A stretch of 64,000 bases of DNA, from the NCBI GenBank assembly GCA_038316355.1, contig JBBQAO010000008.1, positions 1,166-65,165 on the forward strand, read 5' to 3'. The notes under the pieces are model-generated. The model did no database searches. It was not told the DNA's origin and saw nothing but the letters and a program-made list of their open reading frames with translations. A program made the position numbers and the translations under genes. Shown one piece after another: positions 1 through 7,656 of the stretch (position 1 is its first letter; each line of letters begins with the position of its first letter). This DNA comes from Burkholderiales bacterium. Lineage in GTDB: Bacteria; Pseudomonadota; Gammaproteobacteria; Burkholderiales; SG8-41.

Positions 1-2422
1 CGAGATGCCGGGTCAATGCCGGAGTGTCAAACAATGGCGCGGTGTCGCGGGCTGCGCTGATCCGTCGCGCAATGTCCCGCAGCAATTCGCGGTGGGTGGC
101 GAGTTTCAGCACTTTGGTTTCGTAATCCGGCAGTGACCCGGCGATCAGCGCCGGCAATTGTGCCGCAGTGAGGATGCTGGCGGAAACCCGGGCCGCGAAG
201 GTATCGCCGCGCAGCGCGACCAACGGGCAGCCGCACCACAGCGCATCACTCGCCGTGGTGTGCGAGGTGTAGGGGAAGGTATCGAGCGCAAGGTCCGCCA
301 CCCTGTAACGCGCGAGGTGCTGCGCAAGCGGCAGTCGTGGCGCAAAAATCAGGCGCTCCGCCGCGACTCCTGCCGCTGCTGATGCTGCGCGCAGATTGGC
401 CGTGGACCAGCGGTTGTCATCGACCAGCCACAACACGCTGTCGGCTACGGCGTGCAGGATGCGCATCCATGCCGCAAACATATCGGGCGTGATTTTGAAG
501 GTCTGGTTGAAACAGCAAAACACCAGTCCCGATGCGGGCAAGCCGTAGGCAGAGCGCGCCAGCGGTTCGGCAATCAGCCGTTGGCGGTCAATCGGCTGAT
601 AACAATGCGGCAGGCGCAGGACCTGTTCCGAGCAACTGTGCTCTTCGCCCGGCTCGATGATGTATGGGTCGGCAATCAGGTAGTCGATGAATGCGGTGCC
701 GGTTGTTCCCGGGTAACCCAGCCAGGTGACCTGTACCGGGCTTGCGCGTCGCGCCATGATGCCCAGCCGGTCGCCGACCGTATATCCCTTGAGATCAACC
801 AGGATGTCGATGCCGTCGCTGCGGATGCGCTCGATGGCAAGATCATCCGGTTCCCAGGCAATGTCGACAAAATGATCCACGGCGTTGATGATCCGTTGCC
901 GCATTGCGCCGTCATCGCGCGGACCGTAGGAATAGGCGTAAATCTCGAACTGTGCACGGTCATGGCGTTCGAGCAGTTCCGTGACCAGATAGGCTGCGGG
1001 GTGTTCCTGAAAGTCCGACGACAGGTAGCCGATGCGTATGCGTTGACCGGGATTGCGCGGCATCGCCGGCGCCGGCGTATGCGTGGCGATGCCGGCAAAG
1101 CGCCGTTCGGCCCAGGCCCGGGTGTAGGCACACAGTTGTTCTGCCGTCAGGTCTTCATTCAACAGGGCGAAGGGCGTGCCGGCTTCTTCGCCGCGCAGGA
1201 TGCGCGGCTTGAGCGTTTGCCAGGCGACGGACCAGCGCGCCCAGTCGCAGATCCGGCGGCTGTGCTGGGCGAGCATGCCGAGCAGGACGGTATTGTCGGT
1301 TTTACGGAAGCCCTCGGCGAGGAGTTCGATGGCGGCAACCAGTTCACCGCGTAACACGCGAGTCTGGGCGCGCAGGCTCCATGCCCAGACCAGCGCCGGA
1401 TCGAGTGCGCCGGCCTGATCGGCTGCGACATCGGCAGCATCAAGATTGCCGGTTTGCAGCAGGCTGTCGGCCAGCGCAGCCCAGGCGGGCGCCGCTGCCG
1501 GATCCACGCGGACCAACTCCTGCAGCAGGCGTACTGCTTCACCGTAACGGCCCTGTGACCGCGCGACCGCGCCCAGACCTTCCAGTGCGGCAGGGAGTGC
1601 CGGTGCCACCGCCAGCGCAGCTTCGAAATGCAGGCGCGCCTCGGCGTGGCGTGCGGCCTGCAGGCGCAGGTTGCCGAGATTGGCGTGGGCATGCGGGTGG
1701 CCCGGCGCAATCGCCAGGGCTCGCTCCAGCAATTGCGTTGCGTTTGCGCCCTGCTGCAGTTGTTCGAGTGCAATGGCGAGATTGACCATTGCATCGGCGT
1801 GCGCCGGATGGCTGGCGACGGCGGTCTCGAAATGTTTGCGCGCCGCCGCCCAGTCCTTGTCGGCGAGGGCTATCACCCCCAGGTTGTAGAGCGCATCCGG
1901 GTGACCGGGCGCGGTGCGCAACACCGCCGTAAATTGTGCCGTGGCGCCGGCGCTGTCGCCGCCGGCGGCCAGCGCCTGTCCCAGTGCAAGTCTGCAGTCG
2001 GGGTGATCGGGAGCCTGCTGCAGCGCCTGCCGCAGCGCCACCAGTGCTTCCGCGGGTCGGCCCTGGCGCAGCATCGCGAGTCCCAGCCGCAGTGCCACGG
2101 ATGCCGGCGCGCCGGGCAATGCCGCGGCACGGCGCAGGATTTGTTCTGCTTCCGCGAACTCGCCGAGGTTGAGCAGGGCCAGACCGAGGTATTCCAGCGC
2201 CATGCCGTCCTGCGGCGAGGCCGCAAGCGCCAGCCGCAGATCCTGAACGGCCTCGGCGGGCGCACCGCCCATCAGGCTGACGATGCCGCGCATGGCCAGC
2301 GCCTCGGGATTGCGCGGCGCCCTGCCGAGGATTTCGCTGCACAGGGCCAATGCGCCCGCGGCGTCGCCGTTCTGCAGCAGCGTGCGGGCGTTGCGCAGCT
2401 TGTTATTCAGTGATGCGGACAT
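1..2422 (-). CDS. TPR-repeat protein fused to a GT41 (SPINDLY / O-GlcNAc-transferase-like) glycosyltransferase domain; C-terminus runs off the left edge
   Basis: Absent from the ORF track because no stop is reached before position 1. Hand translation from ATG 2422-2420 gives MSASLNNKLRNARTLLQNGD. This is followed by A/L-rich TPR-type repeats (e.g. PDALYNLGVIALADKDWAAARKHFETAV). Then come IRIGYLSSDFQEHPAAYL, VTWLGYPGTTGTAFIDYLIADP, FCCFNQTFKITP and LALDTFPYTSHTTASDALWCGCPLV, which I recognise as the catalytic half of bacterial SPY-like GT41 enzymes. Frame re-checked at the window edge (..ISAARDTAPLFDTPALTRHL). Confidence 0.8.
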   Translation of the reverse strand, partial: MSASLNNKLRNARTLLQNGDAAGALALCSEILGRAPRNPEALAMRGIVSLMGGAPAEAVQDLRLALAASPQDGMALEYLGLALLNLGEFAEAEQILRRAAALPGAPASVALRLGLAMLRQGRPAEALVALRQALQQAPDHPDCRLALGQALAAGGDSAGATAQFTAVLRTAPGHPDALYNLGVIALADKDWAAARKHFETAVASHPAHADAMVNLAIALEQLQQGANATQLLERALAIAPGHPHAHANLGNLRLQAARHAEARLHFEAALAVAPALPAALEGLGAVARSQGRYGEAVRLLQELVRVDPAAAPAWAALADSLLQTGNLDAADVAADQAGALDPALVWAWSLRAQTRVLRGELVAAIELLAEGFRKTDNTVLLGMLAQHSRRICDWARWSVAWQTLKPRILRGEEAGTPFALLNEDLTAEQLCAYTRAWAERRFAGIATHTPAPAMPRNPGQRIRIGYLSSDFQEHPAAYLVTELLERHDRAQFEIYAYSYGPRDDGAMRQRIINAVDHFVDIAWEPDDLAIERIRSDGIDILVDLKGYTVGDRLGIMARRASPVQVTWLGYPGTTGTAFIDYLIADPYIIEPGEEHSCSEQVLRLPHCYQPIDRQRLIAEPLARSAYGLPASGLVFCCFNQTFKITPDMFAAWMRILHAVADSVLWLVDDNRWSTANLRAASAAAGVAAERLIFAPRLPLAQHLARYRVADLALDTFPYTSHTTASDALWCGCPLVALRGDTFAARVSASILTAAQLPALIAGSLPDYETKVLKLATHRELLRDIARRISAARDTAPLFDTPALTRHL

Positions 2423-2539
2423 GCAGGGCTGGACTGACCGGGAATTTGAGGCAGGCCAAAGATACCTTTTTCCTTAGGGTCTGTCTGCGTCACGATTTCA
2501 GCCACGAATGCTTGGACACTGCCGCATGTTCTACCTAGA

Positions 2540-4021
2540 ATGTGGCCGCAGATTCAATCCTCCAATCCACAGTTGGAATCACTCGTGGCCGACCGGCAGG
2601 AAATCCGTCCCGGAGTAGAAACACAGCTCGAGCAGGTGATCGCGCTGCTGCATCGGCACGAGCTGGTGGAGAACCTGGTTCACCGCCAGAAAAGTCCGCG
2701 TCACGAGCTGGTCGAGACGCTGGTGCATCGCCAGCACCTCGGCGCATTGCAGCAGTTGCTTGACCGCCTGCATTCAGCCGACATTGCCTACGTCCTGGAA
2801 GCGCTGCCGCTCGATCAGCGGCTGGTGGTGTGGGATCTGGTCAAGGCCGAGCGCGACGGCGAAATCCTGCTCGAGGTCTCGGATGCGGTGCGCGAGACGC
2901 TGATCGCGCACATGGACGAGGGCGAACTGGTTGCCGCCACCGGCCAGCTTGATACCGATGAAATCGCCGACCTTGCCCCCGACCTGCCGCGCGAAGTCAT
3001 ACTCGATGTCTTCAAGGCGCTGTCGACCGGGGAGCGCGAGCAGTTGCGCGCCGCGATGTCGTATCCGGAGGAGGCGGTCGGCGCGCTGATGGATTTCGAG
3101 ATGATCGAGGTGCGCGAAGACGTCACGCTGGAGGTGGTGCTGCGTTACCTGCGCCGCCTCGATCAGTTGCCGGACCATACCGATCAGTTGTTCGTGGTCG
3201 ATCGCGATGAACATCTGCGCGGCCTGCTGCCGGTGAACCGGCTGCTGGTCAGTGATCCCGAGACGCTGGTCGGCGACGTGATGACCCGCGACTACACCAG
3301 CTTCCAGCCGGAGCAGGATGCGCAGGATGCAGCCAGCGCGTTCGAGCGCTACGACCTGGTGTCGGCGCCGGTTGTTGACGGCGAGGGCTGTCTGGTTGGG
3401 CGCATGACGGTCAATGCCGTGGTGGATTACATCCGTGAAGCGAAGGATACCGAGACACTGGCTGCCGGCGGCCTGAGCGAGGATGAGGATCTGTTTGCTT
3501 CGGTCTGGAAAAGCGTGCGCAATCGCTGGGCGTGGCTGGCGATCAATCTGGTCACTGCATTCATCGCCTCCCGCGTCATCGGCGTGTTTGAGGATTCGAT
3601 TGCGCAGCTGGTGGCGCTGGCGGCACTGATGCCCATCATCGCCGGCATCGGCGGCAATTCCGGCAACCAGACCACCACCATGATCGTGCGTGCGTTGGCG
3701 CTGGGCCAGATTTCCCGGGACAGCGCGCGAAAACTGTTTTTCAAGGAAATCAGCGTATCGGCGCTGAACGGACTGATCTGGGGCAGCGTGGTCGGCCTGT
3801 TTGCGTTCCTGATTTACCACAACTGGCAACTGGGTCTGGTGATGACCGGTGCCATGGTGCTGAATCTGCTGCTGGCGGCGGTGATGGGGGTGGCAATCCC
3901 GCTGCTGATGGAAAAATTCGGCCGCGATCCGGCCATCGGTTCGAGTGTGATGATCACGGCGATCACCGACAGCGGCGGATTTTTCATATTCCTCGGCCTT
4001 GCCACGCTGTTTTTGGTTTGA
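2540..4021 (+). CDS. mgtE: magnesium transporter MgtE
   Basis: 493-aa ORF with an MgtE N-domain (LHSADIAYVLEALPLDQRL), a CBS pair, and a C-terminal channel with PIIAGIGGNSGNQTTTMIVRAL. Start uncertain: ATG 2540 lies inside a TTGGAC-N18-TAGAAT promoter-like match (2512-2541). In-frame TTG 2573 and GTG 2585 are alternatives. Confidence 0.85.
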   Translation: MWPQIQSSNPQLESLVADRQEIRPGVETQLEQVIALLHRHELVENLVHRQKSPRHELVETLVHRQHLGALQQLLDRLHSADIAYVLEALPLDQRLVVWDLVKAERDGEILLEVSDAVRETLIAHMDEGELVAATGQLDTDEIADLAPDLPREVILDVFKALSTGEREQLRAAMSYPEEAVGALMDFEMIEVREDVTLEVVLRYLRRLDQLPDHTDQLFVVDRDEHLRGLLPVNRLLVSDPETLVGDVMTRDYTSFQPEQDAQDAASAFERYDLVSAPVVDGEGCLVGRMTVNAVVDYIREAKDTETLAAGGLSEDEDLFASVWKSVRNRWAWLAINLVTAFIASRVIGVFEDSIAQLVALAALMPIIAGIGGNSGNQTTTMIVRALALGQISRDSARKLFFKEISVSALNGLIWGSVVGLFAFLIYHNWQLGLVMTGAMVLNLLLAAVMGVAIPLLMEKFGRDPAIGSSVMITAITDSGGFFIFLGLATLFLV

Positions 4022-4118
4022 ACAGCGCTGTTGTCGCCGGCCGCCGCCGCGTAAAATCGTCCGGCGTGCAGCAGCGGGAATAACCACGGGCAGCTCCGTG
4101 TTCAGGAGGTAACAGCAG

Positions 4119-4643
4119 GTGAATCGACCGGCATCCGATGAGTTTGCCACCCAGGCCATGCAGCACATCCCGCGGCTGCGCCGATATGCGCGCGCGCTGA
4201 CGGGGGATGCCAGCGCCGCTGACGATCTGGTGCAGGACGCGCTGGAACGCGCACTGGTCAAGCAGAAACTGTGGCGCGAGGGTACGGATCTGCGCGCCTG
4301 GCTGTTTACCGTGATGCATAACGTATTCGTGAACCAGGTGCGCAGCGCCGCCGTCAGCCGGACGGTGCAGCTCGACGATGATGCGATGGCGGAACGCCCG
4401 CAGCCGCAAAGCAGCGACCGGCTGGAAATCCGCGATCTGGATGCGGCATTGCAGGCGCTGCCGGAAGAGCAGCGCGCCGTGGTGTTGCTGGTGGGACTGG
4501 AACAGATGACTTATGACGAAGCGGCCCGCGTGCTTGAAGTGCCTATAGGCACGGTGATGTCGCGGCTGTCGCGCGGCCGGGAGCGGCTGCGCCGGCTGAC
4601 GCAGGGCCTGCCGGAAACGGCGCCGCTGAAGGTGGTGAAATGA
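4119..4643 (+). CDS. ECF-type RNA polymerase sigma factor
   Basis: 174 aa. Sigma-70 region 2 (DLVQDALERALVK, FTVMHNVFVNQVR) and region 4 HTH (LPEEQRAVVLLVGLEQMTYDEAARVLEVPIGTVMSRLSRGRERL). GTG start 9 nt after AGGAGG (4104-4109). Followed by an anti-sigma gene. Confidence 0.85.
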   Translation: MNRPASDEFATQAMQHIPRLRRYARALTGDASAADDLVQDALERALVKQKLWREGTDLRAWLFTVMHNVFVNQVRSAAVSRTVQLDDDAMAERPQPQSSDRLEIRDLDAALQALPEEQRAVVLLVGLEQMTYDEAARVLEVPIGTVMSRLSRGRERLRRLTQGLPETAPLKVVK

Positions 4644-4683
4644 AGGTGGTGAAATGAAGGTGGCCAAATGAGGGCGGCCCGAT
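4628..4683 (+). repeat. 14-nt tandem repeat (4 units) spanning the sigma stop codon and the anti-sigma start codon
   Basis: Units are GAAGGTGGTGAAAT (4628-4641), an identical copy (4642-4655), GAAGGTGGCCAAAT (4656-4669, 2 changes) and GAGGGCGGCCCGAT (4670-4683, 8 of 14 conserved). Every unit junction reads ATGA. Confidence 0.8.
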
Positions 4684-5440
4684 GAGCGCGCCTCCGGTGA
4701 CCGAGGCCGAACTGCAGGCCTATGTCGACGGTCAACTGCCGCCGGCGCGCGCGGCAGAGGTGGCGCAGCATCTGGCGCAGCATGAAGAAGACGCGCAACG
4801 CGTGGCGGCATATCGCCGCCAGAACGAGAATCTGCAACTGGCGTATGCACCGTTGCTGGCCGGGGCGGTACCCGCCCGGCTGCAGCCGGGGGTGCGGCGT
4901 CGCTGGCAGTTGCCGGTGCAGCGTTATGCCCTTGCCGCGGCATTGATGGCGGTCAGTGGCATTGCCGGCTGGCAATCACATGCCTATATCGCCGGCGAAC
5001 GTACACAAACCTTCTATCTGGCCCGGGTCGCTGCGGTCGCCCATGCCGTTTACAGCCCCGAAGTGCGGCATCCGGTGGAGGTCGGCGCCGACCAGGAAGA
5101 ACACCTGGTGCGCTGGTTGTCGAAGCGGCTGGGGACCGGACTGAAGATTCCCCATCTTGCGGCACAGGGGTACACGCTGGTTGGCGGACGTTTGTTGCCG
5201 GGCGAACGCGGACCGGCAGCGCAATTCATGTATCAGGACAGCAAGGGCCAGCGCCTGACGCTATACGTACGCGTCAGCAAAGAAGGGCGCGAACAGACTG
5301 CATTTCGTTTTGCGCAGGAAAATAATGTCGGCGTGTTTTACTGGCTTGATGGCCGCCTGGGTTACGCCTTGTCCGGTGAAACCGATCGCGCTGAATTACT
5401 GCGTGTCGCCGACGCGGTTTACCGGCAACTCAATCCCTGA
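4682..5440 (+). CDS. anti-sigma factor (single-pass membrane protein, zf-HC2-like N-terminus)
   Basis: 252 aa. N-terminal anti-sigma segment ELQAYVDGQLPPARAAEVAQHLAQHEEDAQRVAAYR, one TM helix (YALAAALMAVSGIAGW), then a periplasmic domain. Lies immediately downstream of the ECF sigma gene. Confidence 0.75.
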   Translation: MSAPPVTEAELQAYVDGQLPPARAAEVAQHLAQHEEDAQRVAAYRRQNENLQLAYAPLLAGAVPARLQPGVRRRWQLPVQRYALAAALMAVSGIAGWQSHAYIAGERTQTFYLARVAAVAHAVYSPEVRHPVEVGADQEEHLVRWLSKRLGTGLKIPHLAAQGYTLVGGRLLPGERGPAAQFMYQDSKGQRLTLYVRVSKEGREQTAFRFAQENNVGVFYWLDGRLGYALSGETDRAELLRVADAVYRQLNP

Positions 5441-5451
5441 AGTTATTTAAC

Positions 5452-5508
5452 TATTCAGTGCAGCTAGTGGGCAAAACGCAGCATGCCCACCATCCGCACC
5501 GATGAATA
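5452..5508. repeat. 57-bp compound hairpin element; miniature member of the TATTCAGTG...GAATA repeat family
   Basis: Termini are TATTCAGTGC and GCACCGATGAATA, an inverted repeat with a 3-nt bulge. Inner perfect 7-bp inverted repeat GTGGGCA (5467-5473) / TGCCCAC (5484-5490). The leading 9-mer TATTCAGTG and the GAATA right end are shared with the elements at 7657-7824 and 14577-14742 (the 10th base is C in the 7657 copy and T in the 14577 copy). Starts 12 nt after the anti-sigma stop. Confidence 0.6.
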
Positions 5509-5780
5509 ACCTTCCGCCTGGGCTGCGCTGCACTTCGCTCACCCTGCAAGACTGTGCGCGCATTGCACCATTGAGCATCCTGGGGCAACTGCGCCAGGTA
5601 TCAATAAGTAATTGATTTTATTGGTTTATTGATATTTTGTATTTCGCGGGCGCCAAGCCGTGTGGCGGTCACGACCATCAGAAACTTCGCAACAGTTACG
5701 CCGGAGCGATGTGGGGGAAGTGAGGTCGTGAATCAATGCGCGGGGGAAAAAGAAAATGCGCGCAAAGGAGATCTTGAAAT

Positions 5781-5809
5781 GCGAAGGCCGGGGGTTACCC
5801 GGCCTTCGC
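5781..5809 (-). terminator. 12-bp GC-rich hairpin directly after the lysine-rich micro-ORF
   Basis: GCGAAGGCCGGG-GGTTA-CCCGGCCTTCGC, a perfect 12-bp stem. On the minus strand it is followed by ATTTCAAGAT, only a weak U-tract. It begins 9 nt after the triple stop of the 5818-5880 ORF. Confidence 0.55.
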
Positions 5810-5817
5810 AACTACTA

Positions 5818-5880
5818 CTACTTCTTCTTGGCTGCTTTCTTCTTAGCTACTTTTTTCTTTGCTTTTTTCTTCGCTGCCAT
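5818..5880 (-). CDS. 20-aa lysine/alanine-rich micro-protein (MAAKKKAKKKVAKKKAAKKK)
   Basis: ATG 5880-5878 lies 6 nt after a perfect AAGGAG (5887-5892 on the plus strand). The ORF ends in three consecutive in-frame TAG codons, followed by the 5781-5809 hairpin. The first 7 residues are identical to the N-terminus of the SWIB protein at 52205. Too short for the ORF track. An antisense ORF competes for the same DNA (see findings). Confidence 0.45.
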   Translation of the reverse strand: MAAKKKAKKKVAKKKAAKKK

Positions 5881-6186
5881 AATCGACTCCTTAATGGTTA
5901 ACTTAGGCATCGTTTGAATGCGGTTTTTGTTCCGCACTACCTGCACACGATTTTCAAGAACATTTCACGGCGTTTTATTAACCGCCGTTCCGCGCTCCAA
6001 CCAAAAAAACTGGCGAGAACCGTGTTCGGTGCGCCAATTCTATGCTAGCGAAAAATAAATACAATACTTTTGTCAACTTTTTTTGATCTGGCAAATCCGC
6101 TTGTGGATTTGCGGCAACAGCATATTGCAACGCAAAAGCTGGTACGGAGTACCGAAAAGTACTCACGAAGTACGGTTTTGATGTGA

Positions 6187-7434
6187 TCAATCCGGCAATC
6201 GATGTTCGTTGGCCATCAACATGGCGACCGTTTCGCGGTCGCGGATCAGGTGGATGCGATCGCCATCGACCATGATTTCGGCGGCGCGCGGCCGGGTGTT
6301 GTAGTTGGAGGACATGCTCATGCCATATGCGCCGGCCGACGCAATGGCGATCAAATCCCCCGGACTTACAGACAGTTGACGGTCGCGCGCGAGGAAGTCA
6401 CCGCTTTCACAGACCGGGCCGACGATGTCGTATGACTTGCCGCCGGCCGCCGTTTCACGCAGCGGCAGCACGTCATGCCAGGCTTCGTACAGCGCCGGGC
6501 GCATCAGGTCATTCATCGCTGCATCAACGATCGCGAAATTCTTGTCCTGCCCCGGTTTCAGGTAGAGCACGGTACTCAGCAGTACCCCGGCGTTGCCGGT
6601 CAGCAGCCGGCCCGGTTCAAACAGCAGTTTCTGCGTGTGCTTGCCGAGTGCTTTGATCAGGGCCTGCGCGTATTCCGCGACCGGCGGCGGCGTTTCGTCC
6701 TGATAACGGATGCCCAGACCGCCGCCGAGATCAATGTGCTGGATGGTGATGCCGTCAAGCGCCAGGGCGTCGACCAGCGCCAGTACCCGCTCCAGCGCGG
6801 CGATGAACGGTGCCACTTCCGTCAGTTGTGAACCGATATGGCAGTCGATGCCTTCGATGCGCAGGTGCGGCAGTTCGCGGGCGCGGCGGTAAACGGCCGG
6901 CGCATCGGTGTAGGCCACACCGAATTTGTTTTCTTTCAGGCCGGTGGCGATATAGGGGTGGGTTTTGGCATCGACATCGGGATTGACGCGCAGGCTGACC
7001 GGCGCGGTGACGCCCATTTCACCGGCAACCCGGCCCAGCAGCTCCAGTTCCGCCGCCGATTCGACGTTGAAGCACAAAATCCCGGCCTGCAGTGCCTGGC
7101 GCATTTCGGCGGCGGTCTTGCCGACCCCCGAAAACACCACTTTGCGCGTGTCGCCGCCGGCAGCAATGACCCGCGCCAGTTCGCCGCCCGACACAATGTC
7201 AAAACCGCTGCCGAGGCGCGCGAACACATTGAGCACACCGAGGTTGGGATTGGCTTTAACCGCATAACACAGCAGATGATCGCGGCCGGCGAAGGCGGCA
7301 TCGAAGTCGCGCCAGGCTCTGGTCAACGCTGCGCGCGAATAAACATAACAGGGCGTGCCGAATTCGGCGGCGATGCGCGACAAGGGTACGTTTTCGGCAC
7401 ACAACCCGCCGTTACGATAGCTGAACGGGTTCAT
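6187..7434 (-). CDS. lysA: diaminopimelate decarboxylase
   Basis: 415 aa. PLP-dependent Orn/DAP/Arg decarboxylase pattern (CYAVKANPNLGVLN, HIDLGGGLG, GPVCESGDFL). Preceded by lptM, as is typical. Confidence 0.95.
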   Translation of the reverse strand: MNPFSYRNGGLCAENVPLSRIAAEFGTPCYVYSRAALTRAWRDFDAAFAGRDHLLCYAVKANPNLGVLNVFARLGSGFDIVSGGELARVIAAGGDTRKVVFSGVGKTAAEMRQALQAGILCFNVESAAELELLGRVAGEMGVTAPVSLRVNPDVDAKTHPYIATGLKENKFGVAYTDAPAVYRRARELPHLRIEGIDCHIGSQLTEVAPFIAALERVLALVDALALDGITIQHIDLGGGLGIRYQDETPPPVAEYAQALIKALGKHTQKLLFEPGRLLTGNAGVLLSTVLYLKPGQDKNFAIVDAAMNDLMRPALYEAWHDVLPLRETAAGGKSYDIVGPVCESGDFLARDRQLSVSPGDLIAIASAGAYGMSMSSNYNTRPRAAEIMVDGDRIHLIRDRETVAMLMANEHRLPD

Positions 7435-7631
7435 GGTTGTGCTGCAGGCGCTGTCGCGGGAACAGGTGCCGGCGGTACTGGTGCCGGTTTTACGGCGGCG
7501 GGTTTGTCTTTGGGCAGATACAGCGGCCCCTTATAGCCGCAGCCGGCGACGGACAGCATCAGCATCAGCATCAGTATCAACATCAGAAAGGACGGCGTCG
7601 TACGCACAGGGAGGCTCACAGGGGAACTCAC
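7431..7631 (-). CDS. lptM: small lipoprotein LptM (YifL family)
   Basis: 66 aa. Lipobox LSVAGC followed by GYKGPLYLP, then a Pro/Ala-rich tail. 4-nt overlap with the lysA start. Confidence 0.7.
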   Translation of the reverse strand: MSSPVSLPVRTTPSFLMLILMLMLMLSVAGCGYKGPLYLPKDKPAAVKPAPVPPAPVPATAPAAQP

Positions 7632-7656
7632 GCGGGAAGTGGCCGAAAGGGGTATT

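Noticed and set aside
452-2413. Plus-strand ORFs 452-1354 and 1628-2413, the only long ORFs the track offers for the first 2.4 kb
   Set aside because: Hand translation of the minus strand gives an uninterrupted TPR-GT41 protein with strong family motifs. The plus-strand ORFs are its shadows.
4080-4103. ECF-type autoregulatory promoter guess (GGAAT ... CGT) upstream of the sigma gene
   Set aside because: The candidate -10 lies only a few nt before the SD, leaving essentially no leader. The spacing is also off for the usual ECF consensus. There is not enough support to report it.
2774-4261. 495-aa minus-strand ORF opposite mgtE
   Set aside because: It lies antisense to a gene with unmistakable MgtE motifs. 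Its translation is Arg/Ala/His/Gln-rich low complexity with no motif I recognise. This is the typical shadow ORF of GC-rich DNA.
4628-4683. Possibility that the 14-nt and 7-nt (7754-7795) tandem arrays are CRISPR-like
   Set aside because: The units are directly adjacent with no spacers, are far shorter than CRISPR repeats, and no cas genes are present in the window.
5629-5901. 90-aa plus-strand ORF from the track covering the micro-ORF locus
   Set aside because: The upstream two thirds have no SD and no plausible protein character. Only the last 40 codons, from ATG 5779 with its AAGGAG, are worth considering, and even those may be the antisense shadow of the poly-Lys ORF.
6091-6112. Perfect 8-bp hairpin GCAAATCC-GCTTGT-GGATTTGC downstream of lysA as a terminator
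   Set aside because: On the lysA (minus) strand it is followed by an A-run, not a U-run. On the plus strand the T-run precedes it. The orientation fits neither strand as an intrinsic terminator. It may simply be an inverted repeat next to a TTGTAT-N16-TAGAAT promoter-like match (6037-6064, minus strand).
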